DNA of 64,000 nt, taken from Eukaryota sp. TZLM1-RC. Taxonomy: Eukaryota; Protista; Metamonada: BaSk clade. Numbering within the stretch: the first letter of the stretch is position 1; each line of letters opens with the position of its first letter. Shown here in pieces: positions 24,140-37,005 of this stretch. The DNA lies in contig JAUPSS010000002.1 in the NCBI GenBank assembly GCA_040285825.1, forward strand, positions 3,410,001 through 3,474,000. Reading direction: 5' to 3'. The notes beneath the pieces are model-generated. The model searched no databases, was not told the origin of the DNA, and was given only the letters and a program-made list of their open reading frames with translations. The position numbers were made by a program, and so were the translations under genes.

Positions 24140-26381
24140 ATCAATTGTCTTGATTCCAAATTGAAACGGACTGAAAAATTCCTTGGCTTTTTTTCCAATT
24201 CTATTGAAAACAAGAGACGCAAGAATTCTTGAAAAAGATTCTCCAATTGCAATTGGACGGATTTTGGATTGACTTTTTTTAAGGGCAATTAAGCGAGCAC
24301 TGGTCATCTCAAAAGGGACTTTAATTTTTAACGTAAGAAGATTGTTGAAAAAAAGAACAAGATCGTCAGCAATTTCAGGACACTGTCCAACAGCTGATTT
24401 GATCATGTCAAAATTCAACAAAGATGGCCCAGGAGCTTTTCCAGTAGGCATTTGCTGAATCAGTTTCAATACCTCAGAAGCATTGACAGGATTTTGCAGC
24501 CAATAATCAACTGAATCTGGTTTAGTACAATGAAAATTTTCTTCCGGATGAAGATGATTCAATTGGAACAATGTGCTTTCATTACATTCAGCTAAAACAG
24601 AAGAAAATAAACATTGTTTTGCAGATCCAAAACGTCCTTTTAAAGCTAATTTTCTCACTAATTTTTCTTTCGAAAAAACATTTTTTTTTAAAATTTGATT
24701 TTTTCGATAAAAGTTTTTTATCTTTTTTCAGAAAAAATTTCCAAATAGGCGTAACATCCCATAATCCTTTACGGAGATTTTCAGTAAAGGCACGAAGAAC
24801 AACAGCAAAAGGTATCGAAGCCAACGGACTAAGCTGAGCAGGAACACGAATGGGACAACGTAGCTGATCAGCAGCAACACAAGAATCACAAAAAAGTAAA
24901 GGTCGACCAGAATCATTGACAGCAACAAGCTTTCGACAAAAAACACATTTTTTTAACATCCTTTTGATCTTCTTTGATAGGAGTGTTATCGGGAATCTCA
25001 CTTAAAAATTCATTTTTAGGATTGTGTGATAACGAAAAATTTAAATCAGCAATTGCAGCACGAGCATTCAGTTTTTCCTTTTGAATAAGCGGACAAGTTG
25101 CAATGTTATGTCCGGATTTTCGACATTTACTACATTTGCGGCGGGGTTTAGAAATATTTTCATTTAAATTTTTTTCCAATGATTTTCTAGCATGGAGTGA
25201 CAGGTGGGCAGAATGAGAATGATTGGTGGTTGAGGAGGTTGGTTTGTCAAGTTCACGTTCGGTACTTTTTGCAGTCCAGTCAGTATCACTGAGAGTGTCT
25301 GACATTAAGACTGGAGGAATTCAATCGAACCGACAATAGGACGTCAAGTTAAGAAAAAGGAGGACGTTGATAGTGAGTGAGAAAAAAAAAGAAGCAAGGT
25401 TCATGATGCTGTAAGAGACCAGTTATATTGTATGTGTAAATCTCATAGAATTGAATCCTTCTTGGAACCTTTGTTGTCAAATCTGTTTGATGCAAATTTC
25501 AAGTGCAGCAAGCCTGAAGTGTGTCCTTTTTGGATTGAAAATCCTATTACTGCAATTGAGGTTCTTAAAGCTATTCAAAAATTACCTAAGGGGAAAGCAG
25601 CAGGCCCATCCGGAATTTCTTTTGATCTCTTAAAAATAGCGTGTTCCAGTGCTCCCGAAATTGCTGATGATCTAGCCCACTATTTTCAACAATTAATTGT
25701 TTTGAAAATAAATCCTCCATTTGAATTGCTCGCAGCACGTCTGATTGCTTTAGTAAAGCCTGGAAACGGAATCAAACCTGATGGAATACGTCCAATTGCT
25801 GTTGGTGAATCTCTTTCTCGTTTTCTGGCATCAATTGTCTTCGATCGTGTCAAAGACAAAGCCTCTACATTTTTGAATCCTCATCAATTTGGAATCAACA
25901 CAATTGATGGTGCTTCTGTTGATGCTATTGCCTCTGATATCTTTTTTAATGCAGAGGAAAATAATTCTATTTTTAATCTCGACTTTAAAAATGCTTTTAA
26001 TTCTGTAAAGCGAGAAGCAATTTTTGAAGTTATTAAATCTGATTTTCCTGAGCTATCGAGTTTTTTCTACCATTTTTATGGTAAAGAATCAGATTTAATT
26101 TTTAATTCATTTGCTCTTAAATCATCTTCTGGTGTGAAGCAAGGTGACCCTTTAGGTCCATTATTGTTTTGTTTAGCTATTCACAAAACTTTAAATATCA
26201 TTAAGCAAAAATACCCTTCTATAAAAATAGTTGCTTATATGGATGATATATCCTTGATTGGTTCATTTGATTTACTAGAATTGGTTGCTCAAGAAATTGC
26301 CGATTCATATGAAAATATTGGGCTTCATCTTAATGCCAGCAAATGCCTTCTGATTGGCTCTTCTGCCCAAGACCTCGTGAT

Positions 26382-29300
26382 AAACGATTCTATTGTCCCT
26401 TTTACTAATTATAGTAGTGATGCTTTTAAGTTCCTTGGTTGTTGGTTAGGAAATGTGCCTCAAATTCAGAATGAATTGCAAGTTATTTTGGAAAAAATGA
26501 AAATTGAACTTGATTCAATTTCTTCTTTAGATATAGAAAAGCATAATAAATTTTTTATGCTTAAAATTTGCTACACTGGGAGAATAACCCACATTTTGAG
26601 ATCTTGTGCTCCTTCCATAGCATTAGATTTTTGTCGTTCTTTTAATTCATTGAGAACAGAATTTTTTGCTGATTTATTGGATGTAGAACCAGGAATGTTG
26701 AAAAGCCATTTATTTTCTTCAGCAAATTTGGGGGGTATTGGATTTACTAAATCTTCAATTTTGTGTCAATCAGCATTCTTGGGTGGTGGCAAAAATTTTA
26801 TTTATGAATTTTCTCGTAGATTTCCTGATGATTCTCATCTGTTAGTCCCCAATTGTAGTCCCTATTTGTATGAGTTATCTTGTGAACTTGAAAAATTACC
26901 GCCACAAATTTGGACCAAATGTTTTCCTCAATCAATTCAAGAAATTCCAAACCGATCTCTATTTAATTTACAGTTTTGCTGTAAAAAAAACGATTCTATT
27001 GTCCCTTTTACTAATTATAGTAGTGATGCTTTTAAGTTCCTTGGTTGTTGGTTAGGAAATGTGCCTCAAATTCAGAATGAATTGCAAGTTATTTTGGAAA
27101 AAATGAAAATTGAACTTGATTCAATTTCTTCTTTAGATATAGAAAAGCATAATAAATTTTTTATGCTTAAAATTTGCTACACTGGGAGAATAACCCACAT
27201 TTTGAGATCTTGTGCTCCTTCCATAGCATTAGATTTTTGTCGTTCTTTTAATTCATTGAGAACAGAATTTTTTGCTGATTTATTGGATGTAGAACCAGGA
27301 ATATTGAAAAGCCATTTATTTTCTTCAGCAAATTTGGGGGGTATTGGATTTACTAAATCTTCAATTTTGTGTCAATCAGCATTCTTGGGTGGTGGCAAAA
27401 ATTTTATTTATGAATTTTCTCGTAGATTTCCTGATGATTCTCATCTGTTAGTCCCCAATTGTAGTCCCTATTTGTATGAGTTATCTTGTGAACTTGAAAA
27501 ATTACCGCCACAAATTTGGACCAAATGTTTTCCTCAATCAATTCAAGAAATTCCAAACCGATCTCTATTTAATTTACAGTTTTGCTGTAAAAAAACGATT
27601 CTATTGTCCCTTTTACTAATTATAGTAGTGATGCTTTTAAGTTCCTTGGTTGTTGGTTAGGAAATGTGCCTCAAATTCAGAATGAATTGCAAGTTATTTT
27701 GGAAAAAATGAAAATTGAACTTGATTCAATTTCTTCTTTAGATATAGAAAAGCATATTAAATTTTTTATGCTTAAAATTTGCTACACTGGGAGAATAACC
27801 CACATTTTGAGATCTTGTGCTCCTTCCATAGCATTAGATTTTTGTCGTTCTTTTAATTCATTGAGAACAGAATTTTTTGCTGATTTATTGGATGTAGAAC
27901 CAGGAATGTTGAAAAGCCATTTATTTTCTTCAGCAAATTTGGGGGTATTGGATTTACTAAATCTTCAATTTTGTGTCAATCAGCATTCTTGGGTGGTGGC
28001 AAAAATTTTATTTATGAATTTTCTCGTAGATTTCCTGATGATTCTCATCTGTTAGTCCCCAATTGTAGTCCCTATTTGTATGAGTTATCTTGTGAACTTG
28101 AAAAATTACCGCCACAAATTTGGACCAAATGTTTTCCTCAATCAATTCAAGAAATTCCAAACCGATCTCTATTTAATTTACAGTTTTGCTGTAAAAAAAA
28201 CGATTCTATTGTCCCTTTTACTAATTATAGTAGTGATGCTTTTAAGTTCCTTGGTTGTTGGTTAGGAAATGTGCCTCAAATTCAGAATGAATTGCAAGTT
28301 ATTTTGGAAAAAATGAAAATTGAACTTGATTCAATTTCTTCTTTAGATATAGAAAAGCATATTAAATTTTTCATGCTTAAAATTTGCTACACTGGGAGAA
28401 TAACCCACATTTTGAGATCTTGTGCTCCTTCCATAGCATTAGATTTTTGTCGTTCTTTTAATTCATTGAGAACAGAATTTTTTGCTGATTTATTGGATGT
28501 AGAACCAGGAATGTTGAAAAGCCATTTATTTTCTTCAGCAAATTTGGGTGGTATTGGTTTTACTAAATCTTCAATTTTGTGTCAATCAGCATTCTTGGGT
28601 GGTGGCAAAAATTTTATTTATGAATTTTCTCGTAGATTTCCTGATGATTCTCATCTGTTAGTCCCCAATTGTAGTCCCTATTTGTATGAGTTATCTTGTG
28701 AACTTGAAAAATTACCGCCACAAATTTGGACCAAATGTTTTCCTCAATCAATTCAAGAAATTCCAAACCGATCTCTATTTAATTTACAGTTTTGCTGTAA
28801 AAAAACGATTCTATTGTCCCTTTTACTAATTATAGTAGTGATGCTTTTAAGTTCCTTGGTTGTTGGTTAGGAAATGTGCCTCAAATTCAGAATGAATTGC
28901 AAGTTATTTTGGAAAAAATGAAAATTGAACTTGATTCAATTTCTTCTTTAGATATAGAAAAGCATATTAAATTTTTCATGCTTAAAATTTGCTACACTGG
29001 GAGAATAACCCACATTTTGAGATCTTGTGCTCCTTCCATAGCATTAGATTTTTGTCGTTCTTTTAATTCATTGAGAACAGAATTTTTTGCTGATTTATTG
29101 GATGTAGAACCAGGAATGTTGAAAAGCCATTTATTTTCTTCAGCAAATTTGGGTGGTATTGGTTTTACTAAATCTTCAATTTTGTGTCAATCAGCATTCT
29201 TGGGTGGTGGCAAAAATTTTATTTATGAATTTTCTCGTAGATTTCCTGATGATTCTCATCTGTTAGTCCCCAATTGTAGTCCCTATTTGTATGAGTTATC

Positions 29301-30718
29301 TTGTGAACTTGAAAAATTACCGCCACAAATTTGGACCAAATGTTTTCCTCAATCAATTCAAGAAATTCCAAACCGATCTCTATTTTATTTACAGTTTTGC
29401 TGTAAAAAAAACGATTCTATTGTCCCTTTTACTAATTATAGTAGTGATGCTTTTAAGTTCCTTGGTTGTTGGTTAGGAAATGTGCCTCAAATTCAGAATG
29501 AATTGCAAGTTATTTTGGAAAAAATGAAAATTGAACTTGATTCAATTTCTTCTTTAGATATAGAAAAGCATATTAAATTTTTCATGCTTAAAATTTGCTA
29601 CACTGGGAGAATAACCCACATTTTGAGATCTTGTGCTCCTTCCATAGCATTAGATTTTTGTCGTTCTTTTAATTCATTGAGAACAGAATTTTTTGCTGAT
29701 TTATTGGATGTAGAACCAGGAATGTTGAAAAGCCATTTATTTTCTTCAGCAAATTTGGGTGGTATTGGTTTTACTAAATCTTCAATTTTGTGTCAATCAG
29801 CATTCTTGGGTGGTGGCAAAAATTTTATTTATGAATTTTCTCGTAGATTTCCTGATGATTCTCATCTGTTAGTCCCCAATTGTAGTCCCTATTTGTATGA
29901 GTTATCTTGTGAACTTGAAAAATTACCGCCACAAATTTGGACCAAATGTTTTCCTCAATCAATTCAAGAAATTCCAAACCGATCTCTATTTAATTTACAG
30001 TTTTGCTGTAAAAAAAACGATTCTATTGTCCCTTTTACTAATTATAGTAGTGATGCTTTTAAGTTCCTTGGTTGTTGGTTAGGAAATGTGCCTCAAATTC
30101 AGAATGAATTGCAAAATCAAGATTTTGTAGAGGAAATCTTGGTTTAATGATAGTCGTCCCATTAGTTATGATTTAATTTAATCAAGTGTGCAAATTCAAT
30201 AAATTAATTAAAGTTATTTTGGAAAAAATGAAAATTGAACTTGATTCAATTTCTTCTTTAGATATAGAAAAGCATATTAAATTTTTCATGCTTAAAATTT
30301 GCTACACTGGGAGAATAACCCACATTTTGAGATCTTGTGCTCCTTCCATAGCATTAGATTTTTGTCGTTCTTTTAATTCATTGAGAACAGAATTTTTTGC
30401 TGATTTATTGGATGTAGAACCAGGAATGTTGAAAAGCCATTTATTTTCTTCAGCAAATTTGGGTGGTATTGGTTTTACTAAATCTTCAATTTTGTGTCAA
30501 TCAGCATTCTTGGGTGGTGGCAAAAATTTTATTTATGAATTTTCTCGTAGATTTCCTGATGATTCTCATCTGTTAGTCCCCAATTGTAGTCCCTATTTGT
30601 ATGAGTTATCTTGTGAACTTGAAAAATTACCGCCACAAATTTGGACCAAATGTTTTCCTCAATCAATTCAAGAAATTCCAAACCGATCTCTATTTAATTT
30701 ACAGTTTTGCTGTAAAAA
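26382..30718 (+). repeat. Tandem array, 7 copies of a 605-606 bp unit from the post-RT region of A
   Basis: CGATTCTATTGTCCC recurs at 26385, 26991, 27596, 28201, 28806, 29412 and 30018; junction GCTGT(A)7-8CGATTC. Confidence 0.95.
30114..30210 (+). mobile_element. Family E ~100-bp 3'-end insertion
   Basis: NQDFVEEILV* plus the E 3' UTR, inserted at GCAA|GTTATTTT of A. Confidence 0.85.
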
Positions 30719-30940
30719 GCTTCAACAAAAATTGTCAAAGATTTTTGAAAGCTTGGATTTTGATGTTAGACTTGGCTTGGCCAAGAAAAAGAATCCCGCT
30801 TTTGCAAATCTTTTACAAGATATGTGTGACAGTACTTCTTCTGCCTTAGTAACAACAATTCCACAAGTTTATGGTACTCTCTTATCTCTTATGATAATTT
30901 ACCTCATAATTTAATTTGTAAATGTTCTCGAGAAATTACA

Positions 30941-31850
30941 TAATATTTGCAGCTCGGCTGTTTTAAATCAAGATCTTCACTCATTGTTATTGGAAAAGGG
31001 TGTTTGTGAAAACAAGGTGTCAGATTCTTCACTTTTTGTAACCATTGTACCACGAAGATTTGGATTGTGTGCTACTAATGAAGCATTTGTAACAAAAATG
31101 AGATTATATTTGAACATCCCCATTAACCAATTATTATCAAAAGAAAAATGTATTTGTTCGAATTCACCTCAACTCACTTTGCGCCATGCTCTAAATTGCT
31201 CTAAATTGATAACTTATCGTTCTTCATTACATGATGCTGTTAGAGACACTGTTTTCAATATGGCACAAACTGCAAGGATATCGTGTATCAAAGAGCCCCT
31301 GCTGAAAGAAACACTTTCTCTGAATAATTTTGGTTCTGATGATAGAGGTGATGTATACTGTGATTGGATTGATAATTCTGAAGCTATTGTTGACTTTGTC
31401 TCATGTAATGTTGCAAACAATACTTTGGTTCACAGAAGAAAAACTTAATCCTGTGGCTGCTCTGGATTTTTAAAGCAAAAGAAAAACATAGAAAATATGA
31501 TAAAGAAATTGAAGATGCAAATATCGATAGAAATACACAGCTGGTTTTTATTGCTTTTCCATTTTCGATAAATGGAAGATTATCAGTTGAAGCAGAAACT
31601 TTTTTGGATGACTTCCAAAAAATGGTGAAAGAAAAAACAATGAAAAGATTTGATATTTTTTTATGGCGTTCACGGATTCAATTTGCCATTATTAATAGAT
31701 TACCGCGGTTTTTCAATCGAATTAGAGAAGCTTTAGCTAGACAGCAAGCAAATCAAGATTTTGTAGAGGAAATCTTGGTTTAATGATAGTCGTCCCATTA
31801 GTTATGATTTAATTTAATCAAGTGTGCAAATTCAATAAATTAATTATTTT
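30941..31850 (+). mobile_element. Family E 5'-truncated insertion
   Basis: CCHC/RLE region plus 3' UTR; TSD AGAAATTACA at 30931-30940 and 31851-31860. Confidence 0.9.
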
Positions 31851-32093
31851 AGAAATTACAACTACTCATTTGTTAAATTGTAAACATTTTATTACTTTTA
31901 GAAGCAAGGTTCATGATGCTGTAAGAGACCAGTTATATTGTATGTGTAAATCTCATAGAATTGAATCCTTCTTGGAACCTCTGTTGTCAAATCTGTTTGA
32001 TGCTGAAAATGATTTTCATAAGAATAATAGAGGTGATGTCATATTACCTGGATTAGATGGAAGCTTCATTTTATTGGATATATATTATGTCTG

Positions 32094-34180
32094 TTTTTTT
32101 TTAAAAATTTAATTTTATTCTAAACCTATAAATCAACATCTAAAAAATCCATCTCTCCCAAAACAAAAACACTAGATGCAACTCTCTCATAGTGAGATCC
32201 AAGAGAAAGCAAAGCATCAGAAACCATCTTCAACATCCCCTTAAAAATAGAAAACACAATTCTATTTTGCCAAAACAATCTGTTGAAATTTCTGCCAGTT
32301 CTTCTCTTTACAATTTTTTCAAAATCATCCAAAAAACGTAAAGCAGTTGGTGCAAGTGAACCAAAAAGGGAAAATACAAATAGATACAAATTGTATTTTG
32401 CATGCTGTAGACTGGCCAATTTGGACAAAGGTTCATTGTATTTTTTGAATTTAAAATTTTCAGCATTTGAAAGGGGATTATGAATTTCAGAATTTACAAG
32501 CCTTTCATTTGAGGCATTACAAGGATCAACAGACATTACATCCAATAAAATGAAGCTTCCATCTAATCCAGGTAATATGACATCACCTCTATTATTCTTA
32601 TGAAAATCATTTTCAGCATCAAACAGATTTGACAACAAAGGTTCCAAGAAGGATTCAATTCTATGAGATTTACACATACAATATAACTGGTCTCTTACAG
32701 CATCATGAACCTTGCTTCTAAAAGTAATAAAATGTTTACAATTCAACAAATGAGTAGTTGTAATTTCTCGAGAACATTTACAAATTAACTTGTGAGGTAA
32801 ATTATCAGGCCAGATAAAGGAACGAAATCTCATATTCAGAGTCCAAGTAGAATCGGATAAGAGAGTACCATAAACTTGTGGAATTGTTGTTACTAAGGCA
32901 GAGGAAGTACTGTCACGCATATCTTGTAAAAGATTTGCAAAAGCGGGATTCTTTTTCTTGGCCAAGCCAAGTCTAACATCAAAATCCAAGCTTTCAAAAA
33001 TCTTTGACAATTTTTGTTGAAGCTTTTTACAGCAAAACTGTAAATTAAATAGAGATCGGTTTGGAATTTCTTGAATTGATTGAGGAAAACATTTGGTCCA
33101 AATTTGTGGCGGTAATTTTTCAAGTTCACAAGATAACTCATACAAATAGGGACTACAATTGGGGACTAACAGATGAGAATCATCAGGAAATCTCCGAGAA
33201 AATTCATAAATAAAATTTTTGCCACCACCCAAGAATGCTGATTGACACAAAATTGAAGATTTAGTAAAACCAATACCACCCAAATTTGCTGAAGAAAATA
33301 AATGGCTTTTCAACACTCCTGGTTCTAGATCCAATAAATCAGCAAAAAATTCTGTTCTCAATGAATTAAAAGAACGACAAAAATCTAATGCTATGGAAGG
33401 AGCACAAGATCTCAAAATGTGGGTTATTCTCCCAGTGTAGCAAATTTTAAGCATGAAAAATTTAATATGCTTTTCTATATCTGAAGAAGAAATTGAATCA
33501 AGTTCAATTTTCATTTTTTCCAAAATAACTTGCAATTCATTCTGAATTTGAGGCACATTTCCTAACCAACAACCAAGGAACTTAAAAGCATCACTACTAT
33601 AATTAGTAAAAGAAGTATCTTCCCTTGATGACTCCGAATTGTACAAACGGAAAAAGTATGCAAATCCTTTAAAAGAATTGAAACATGTTCGCCATGTAGA
33701 TTACCAAATTTGCCCATTTGCTATATCGTTGTATGGTAGTCTTGGAAAAACTGCATTGAATTTTATTGATGATTTTGAAAATGTTGTGAAAAAAAGAATG
33801 AATAAGCGTTTTGATCGTCGCTTGTGGCTAAATCGTATTGTTTTTACTATTTTCAAATCAATTCCTAAAATGATTTCGAAAGCTTTAATGTCTGTCAGTG
33901 CACATTATGAAAACATTGCTGCTGTAAGGTTTGATGGTGTGGAAGCTTGTTTTGAAGATATTGGCTTTTAGGCTGTGGTTTAACAATAAAATAAAATTAA
34001 TTTAAAAAAAAAGTAAAAGGGACAATAGAATCGTTTATCACGAGGTCTTGAGCAGAAGAGCCAATCAGAAGGCATTTGCTGGCATTAAGATGAAGCCCAA
34101 TATTTTCATATGAATCGGCAATTTCTTGAGCAACCAATTCTAGTAAATCAAATGAACCAATCAAGGATATATCATCCATA
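32094..34180 (-). mobile_element. Family A 3' portion with an H insertion
   Basis: ORFs 32126-33646 and 33997-34179 (MDDISL); A-tail at 32094. Confidence 0.9.
33612..34011 (+). mobile_element. Family H 3' fragment insertion
   Basis: KRKKY...FEDIGF*; TSD AGTAAAAG at 33605-33612 and 34012-34019. Confidence 0.88.
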
Positions 34181-36160
34181 TTTTTTTTAAGGAACTGGAA
34201 TATTTATTGAGATAAAAATAACCATCTAGAATTCAATATCCTCCAAACAAGCGTCACTATTACTGAACCTACTCACAGCATTACGTTCATATTCTACACC
34301 AATAGCTAAAAGTGCCTTTGAAATCATTGTTGGAATAGACTTGAAAATGCAAAAAACAATTCTATTTAACCAAAAAGTGGAGTTCATTGTTTTACCAGAC
34401 CTATTCAGTAACACTTTTTTAAAATTTTCCAAAAAGTGCAAGCCTGAAGGTCCAATATTGCCAAAAAGAGAAATTGCAAACGGCACAAACTGATATTTCA
34501 CATGTTCCACTCTACCTAACTGTGCCAAAGGTTCTTCATATTTTTTTATCTTCTTTTTTCGGCGTTAGATAACGGCGAGTCAGCGGAATACACTAAACGA
34601 GCAGCAGAATTTTTGCAAACATCCACTGAGACAACGTCTACAACATTGAGAACACCATCGATCCCTGGAGCTACTAAATCTGCCCTTCTTTTACCAAAGG
34701 AATCATCAGTTTGATCTGAAGACAGCTTACGTACTAGTGGCTCAATAAATGCCTCTATATTGAAACTTTTTGCACATGGCATATAATTGATCACGAACTG
34801 AGTCATGAACAAGTGAGCGATAAGTTATGAAATACTTACAGTTTAAAATATGGGAAAGTGTAACAACACTCTTGCAGCGACAAATTAAATCATTTGGCAA
34901 TGAACAAGGCCATAGAAAACATCTCAATCTCATTGCAGTGGTCCATTGGTGATCATTAAGTAGAAGGCCGTAAATGTTGGGAATTTGGGAGATTAAGCAA
35001 CTTGAGCAACTGTCTTCAAGATCAATCAAAAAGTTTGCAAAAACGGGATTTTTTTCCTTAGCCAAGCTAAGACGTACAATATAATCCAAGTTTTCTAAAA
35101 CTTTCAAAATTTTTTCTGCAATTTTGCAAAAGTCAATGGTAAGGAGAGCAAGCTTCTTGAAGGAAGTTCCACAATATCAGAGGGGAAACATTTAGCCCAA
35201 ATATTGGGTGAAAGAGTTTCAATTTCCTGTTGCAAAGAAATAAGATAGGAGCTGCCACAATTTTCAATGAGATGAATTTTTTCAGGAAAACGATTCACAA
35301 ATTCATAAATAAAATTCTTTCCACCTCCAATAAAAGCAGCTTTACAAAGGTAGCTTGACTTATGAAAATCAACACCACCAAAATTTGTACCACAAAAAAT
35401 GTGGCTTCGTAACTGAGATGCATCAATTTCCAATAATTTTGCTAAAAAATTAGTTCTTTGTTCATTAAAAATGCGACAGAACTCCAAGGAAATTGATGGT
35501 GATGTTGATCTCAAAATATGAGTAAATTTTCCAGAACAACAGATTTCGAGGAAAAAGAATTTCAAATGTTTCTCAATATTTAAATTTTCTATTGATTCCA
35601 ATTCATTTCCAAATTGAGTCAACAGAGTCGAAAGTTGGCTTTTGACTTCATCAATATTTCCGAGATAACAACCCAAAAAACGAAAACCAGACTGATCATA
35701 ATTGATAAAGGGGACATTGACATCATTAATGAAAAAATCAATTGGTTCATGGCCAATAATCAAACATTTGGAGATATTCAATGAGAGACCAATATCTTCA
35801 TAACTCTGTTGAATAAAAGTTGCTATTTGTTTCAGAATTGTAATAGGAGCAATTACAGAAATGTCATCCATATATGCTACAATATCTATTTCTGGGAACT
35901 TTTCTTTCAATTCGCACATTAATGGATGAATTGCCAGACAAAAGAAAAAAGGACCAAGTGGATCACCTTGTTTAACACCTGAAGACGAAAGCAGGTCAAA
36001 ATTTTCATAGACCAATCAAGATCACGTTCGGTACTTTTTGCAGTCCAGTCAGTATCACTGAGAGTGTCTGACATTAAGACTGGAGGAATTCAATCGAACC
36101 GACAATAGGACGTCAAGTTAAGAAAAAAGGAGGACGTTGAAAGTGAGTGAGAAAAAAAAA
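34181..36160 (-). mobile_element. Family D internally deleted copy (5' 140 bp joined to RT-RLE half)
   Basis: 36022-36160 matches the D 5' end including T9; 34181-36016 matches the D 3' half with tail. Confidence 0.87.
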
Positions 36161-36219
36161 CCTCTGATATTGTGGAACTTCCTTCAAGAAGCTTGCTCTC
36201 CTTACCATTGACTTTTGCA

Positions 36220-36737
36220 TTTTTTTTCTCCCTCCATGCTTATCTATGCCTCCAAAGTCAGTTACTTCAAAACCTTCTAGAGGACGCCCTAAGAATTCTG
36301 TGACTACCTGTTCTTTGTGCAAAACTGTTGGTCACACAAAAACAACATGTCCTCGGCGAAAAGTTTTGTCAGATGAAGCTGAATTGGCATCATTATCTTC
36401 ACCTATTGAGTCTATTGAGCCTCCACATGTACTTCATTCGTCTTCAGTCAGTAGTAATACAAAATCATGTTTGTTCTGTTGTTCTCCAGTTTCTGGATTC
36501 AATGTTTCGGGTCGACCTCTTTTGGTTTGTGATTCTTGCACGCCAATTGATCCTTGTAGACCTCCATTTGCAATCCCTCAAATAATTCGTTTCTCCTGCT
36601 CATTCGTCTTCTCTTGCAACAGTTATTCGATCTTTAACCTTCTCTCTTCGAAAGGGCATTTGGAATCCTTCGATTTTTTGGAAATTTTTTCTTTCTAAGG
36701 CTATGTCTTCACACAAGAAATCTAAATATAAGAAGTA
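36220..36737 (+). mobile_element. Family F 5' end fragment
   Basis: T8-CTCCCTCC 5' end; ORF from 36246 MPPKSVT... with CSLCKTVGHTKTTC, CLFC..GRPLLVCDSC and RPP motif. Confidence 0.8.
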
Positions 36738-37005
36738 TCTCGACTTTAAAAATGCTTTTAATTCTGTAAAGCGAGAAGCAATTTTTGAAGTTATTAAATC
36801 TGATTTTCCTGAGCTATCGAGTTTTTTCTACCATTTTTATGGGAAAGAATCAGATTTAATTTTTAATTCATTTGGTTTTAAATCATCTTCTGGAGTGAAG
36901 CAGGGAGATCCTTTAGGCCCATTATTGTTTTGTTTAGCTATTCACAAAACTTTAAATATCATTAAGCAAAAATACCCTTCCATAAAAATAGTTGCTTATA
37001 TGGAT

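Larger units (their letters stand above)
18625..25389 (-). mobile_element. Family D full-length RLE retrotransposon (~3.27 kb without insert), interrupted by full-length A
   Basis: 5' T-tract followed by CTCACTCAC; MSDTLSDTDW at 25305; knuckle CSKCRKSGHNIATC; RT AYMDD; ends ACLEDIEF*; TSD AGAAGC; several homopolymer frameshifts. Confidence 0.92.
25390..32093 (+). mobile_element. Rearranged family A copy with 606-bp tandem amplification and two E insertions
   Basis: ORFs 25432-27660, 27971-28870, 28876-30147, 30186-30914 and 31822-32112 all match A. Confidence 0.9.

Noticed and set aside
24055-24288. N-terminal extension of the 1200-aa ORF
   Set aside because: Fortuitous read-through from flanking D sequence and the 5' UTR; it differs between copies
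26382-30718. CRISPR-like array or genuine repeat-protein gene
   Set aside because: No spacers; the unit is an internal piece of family A
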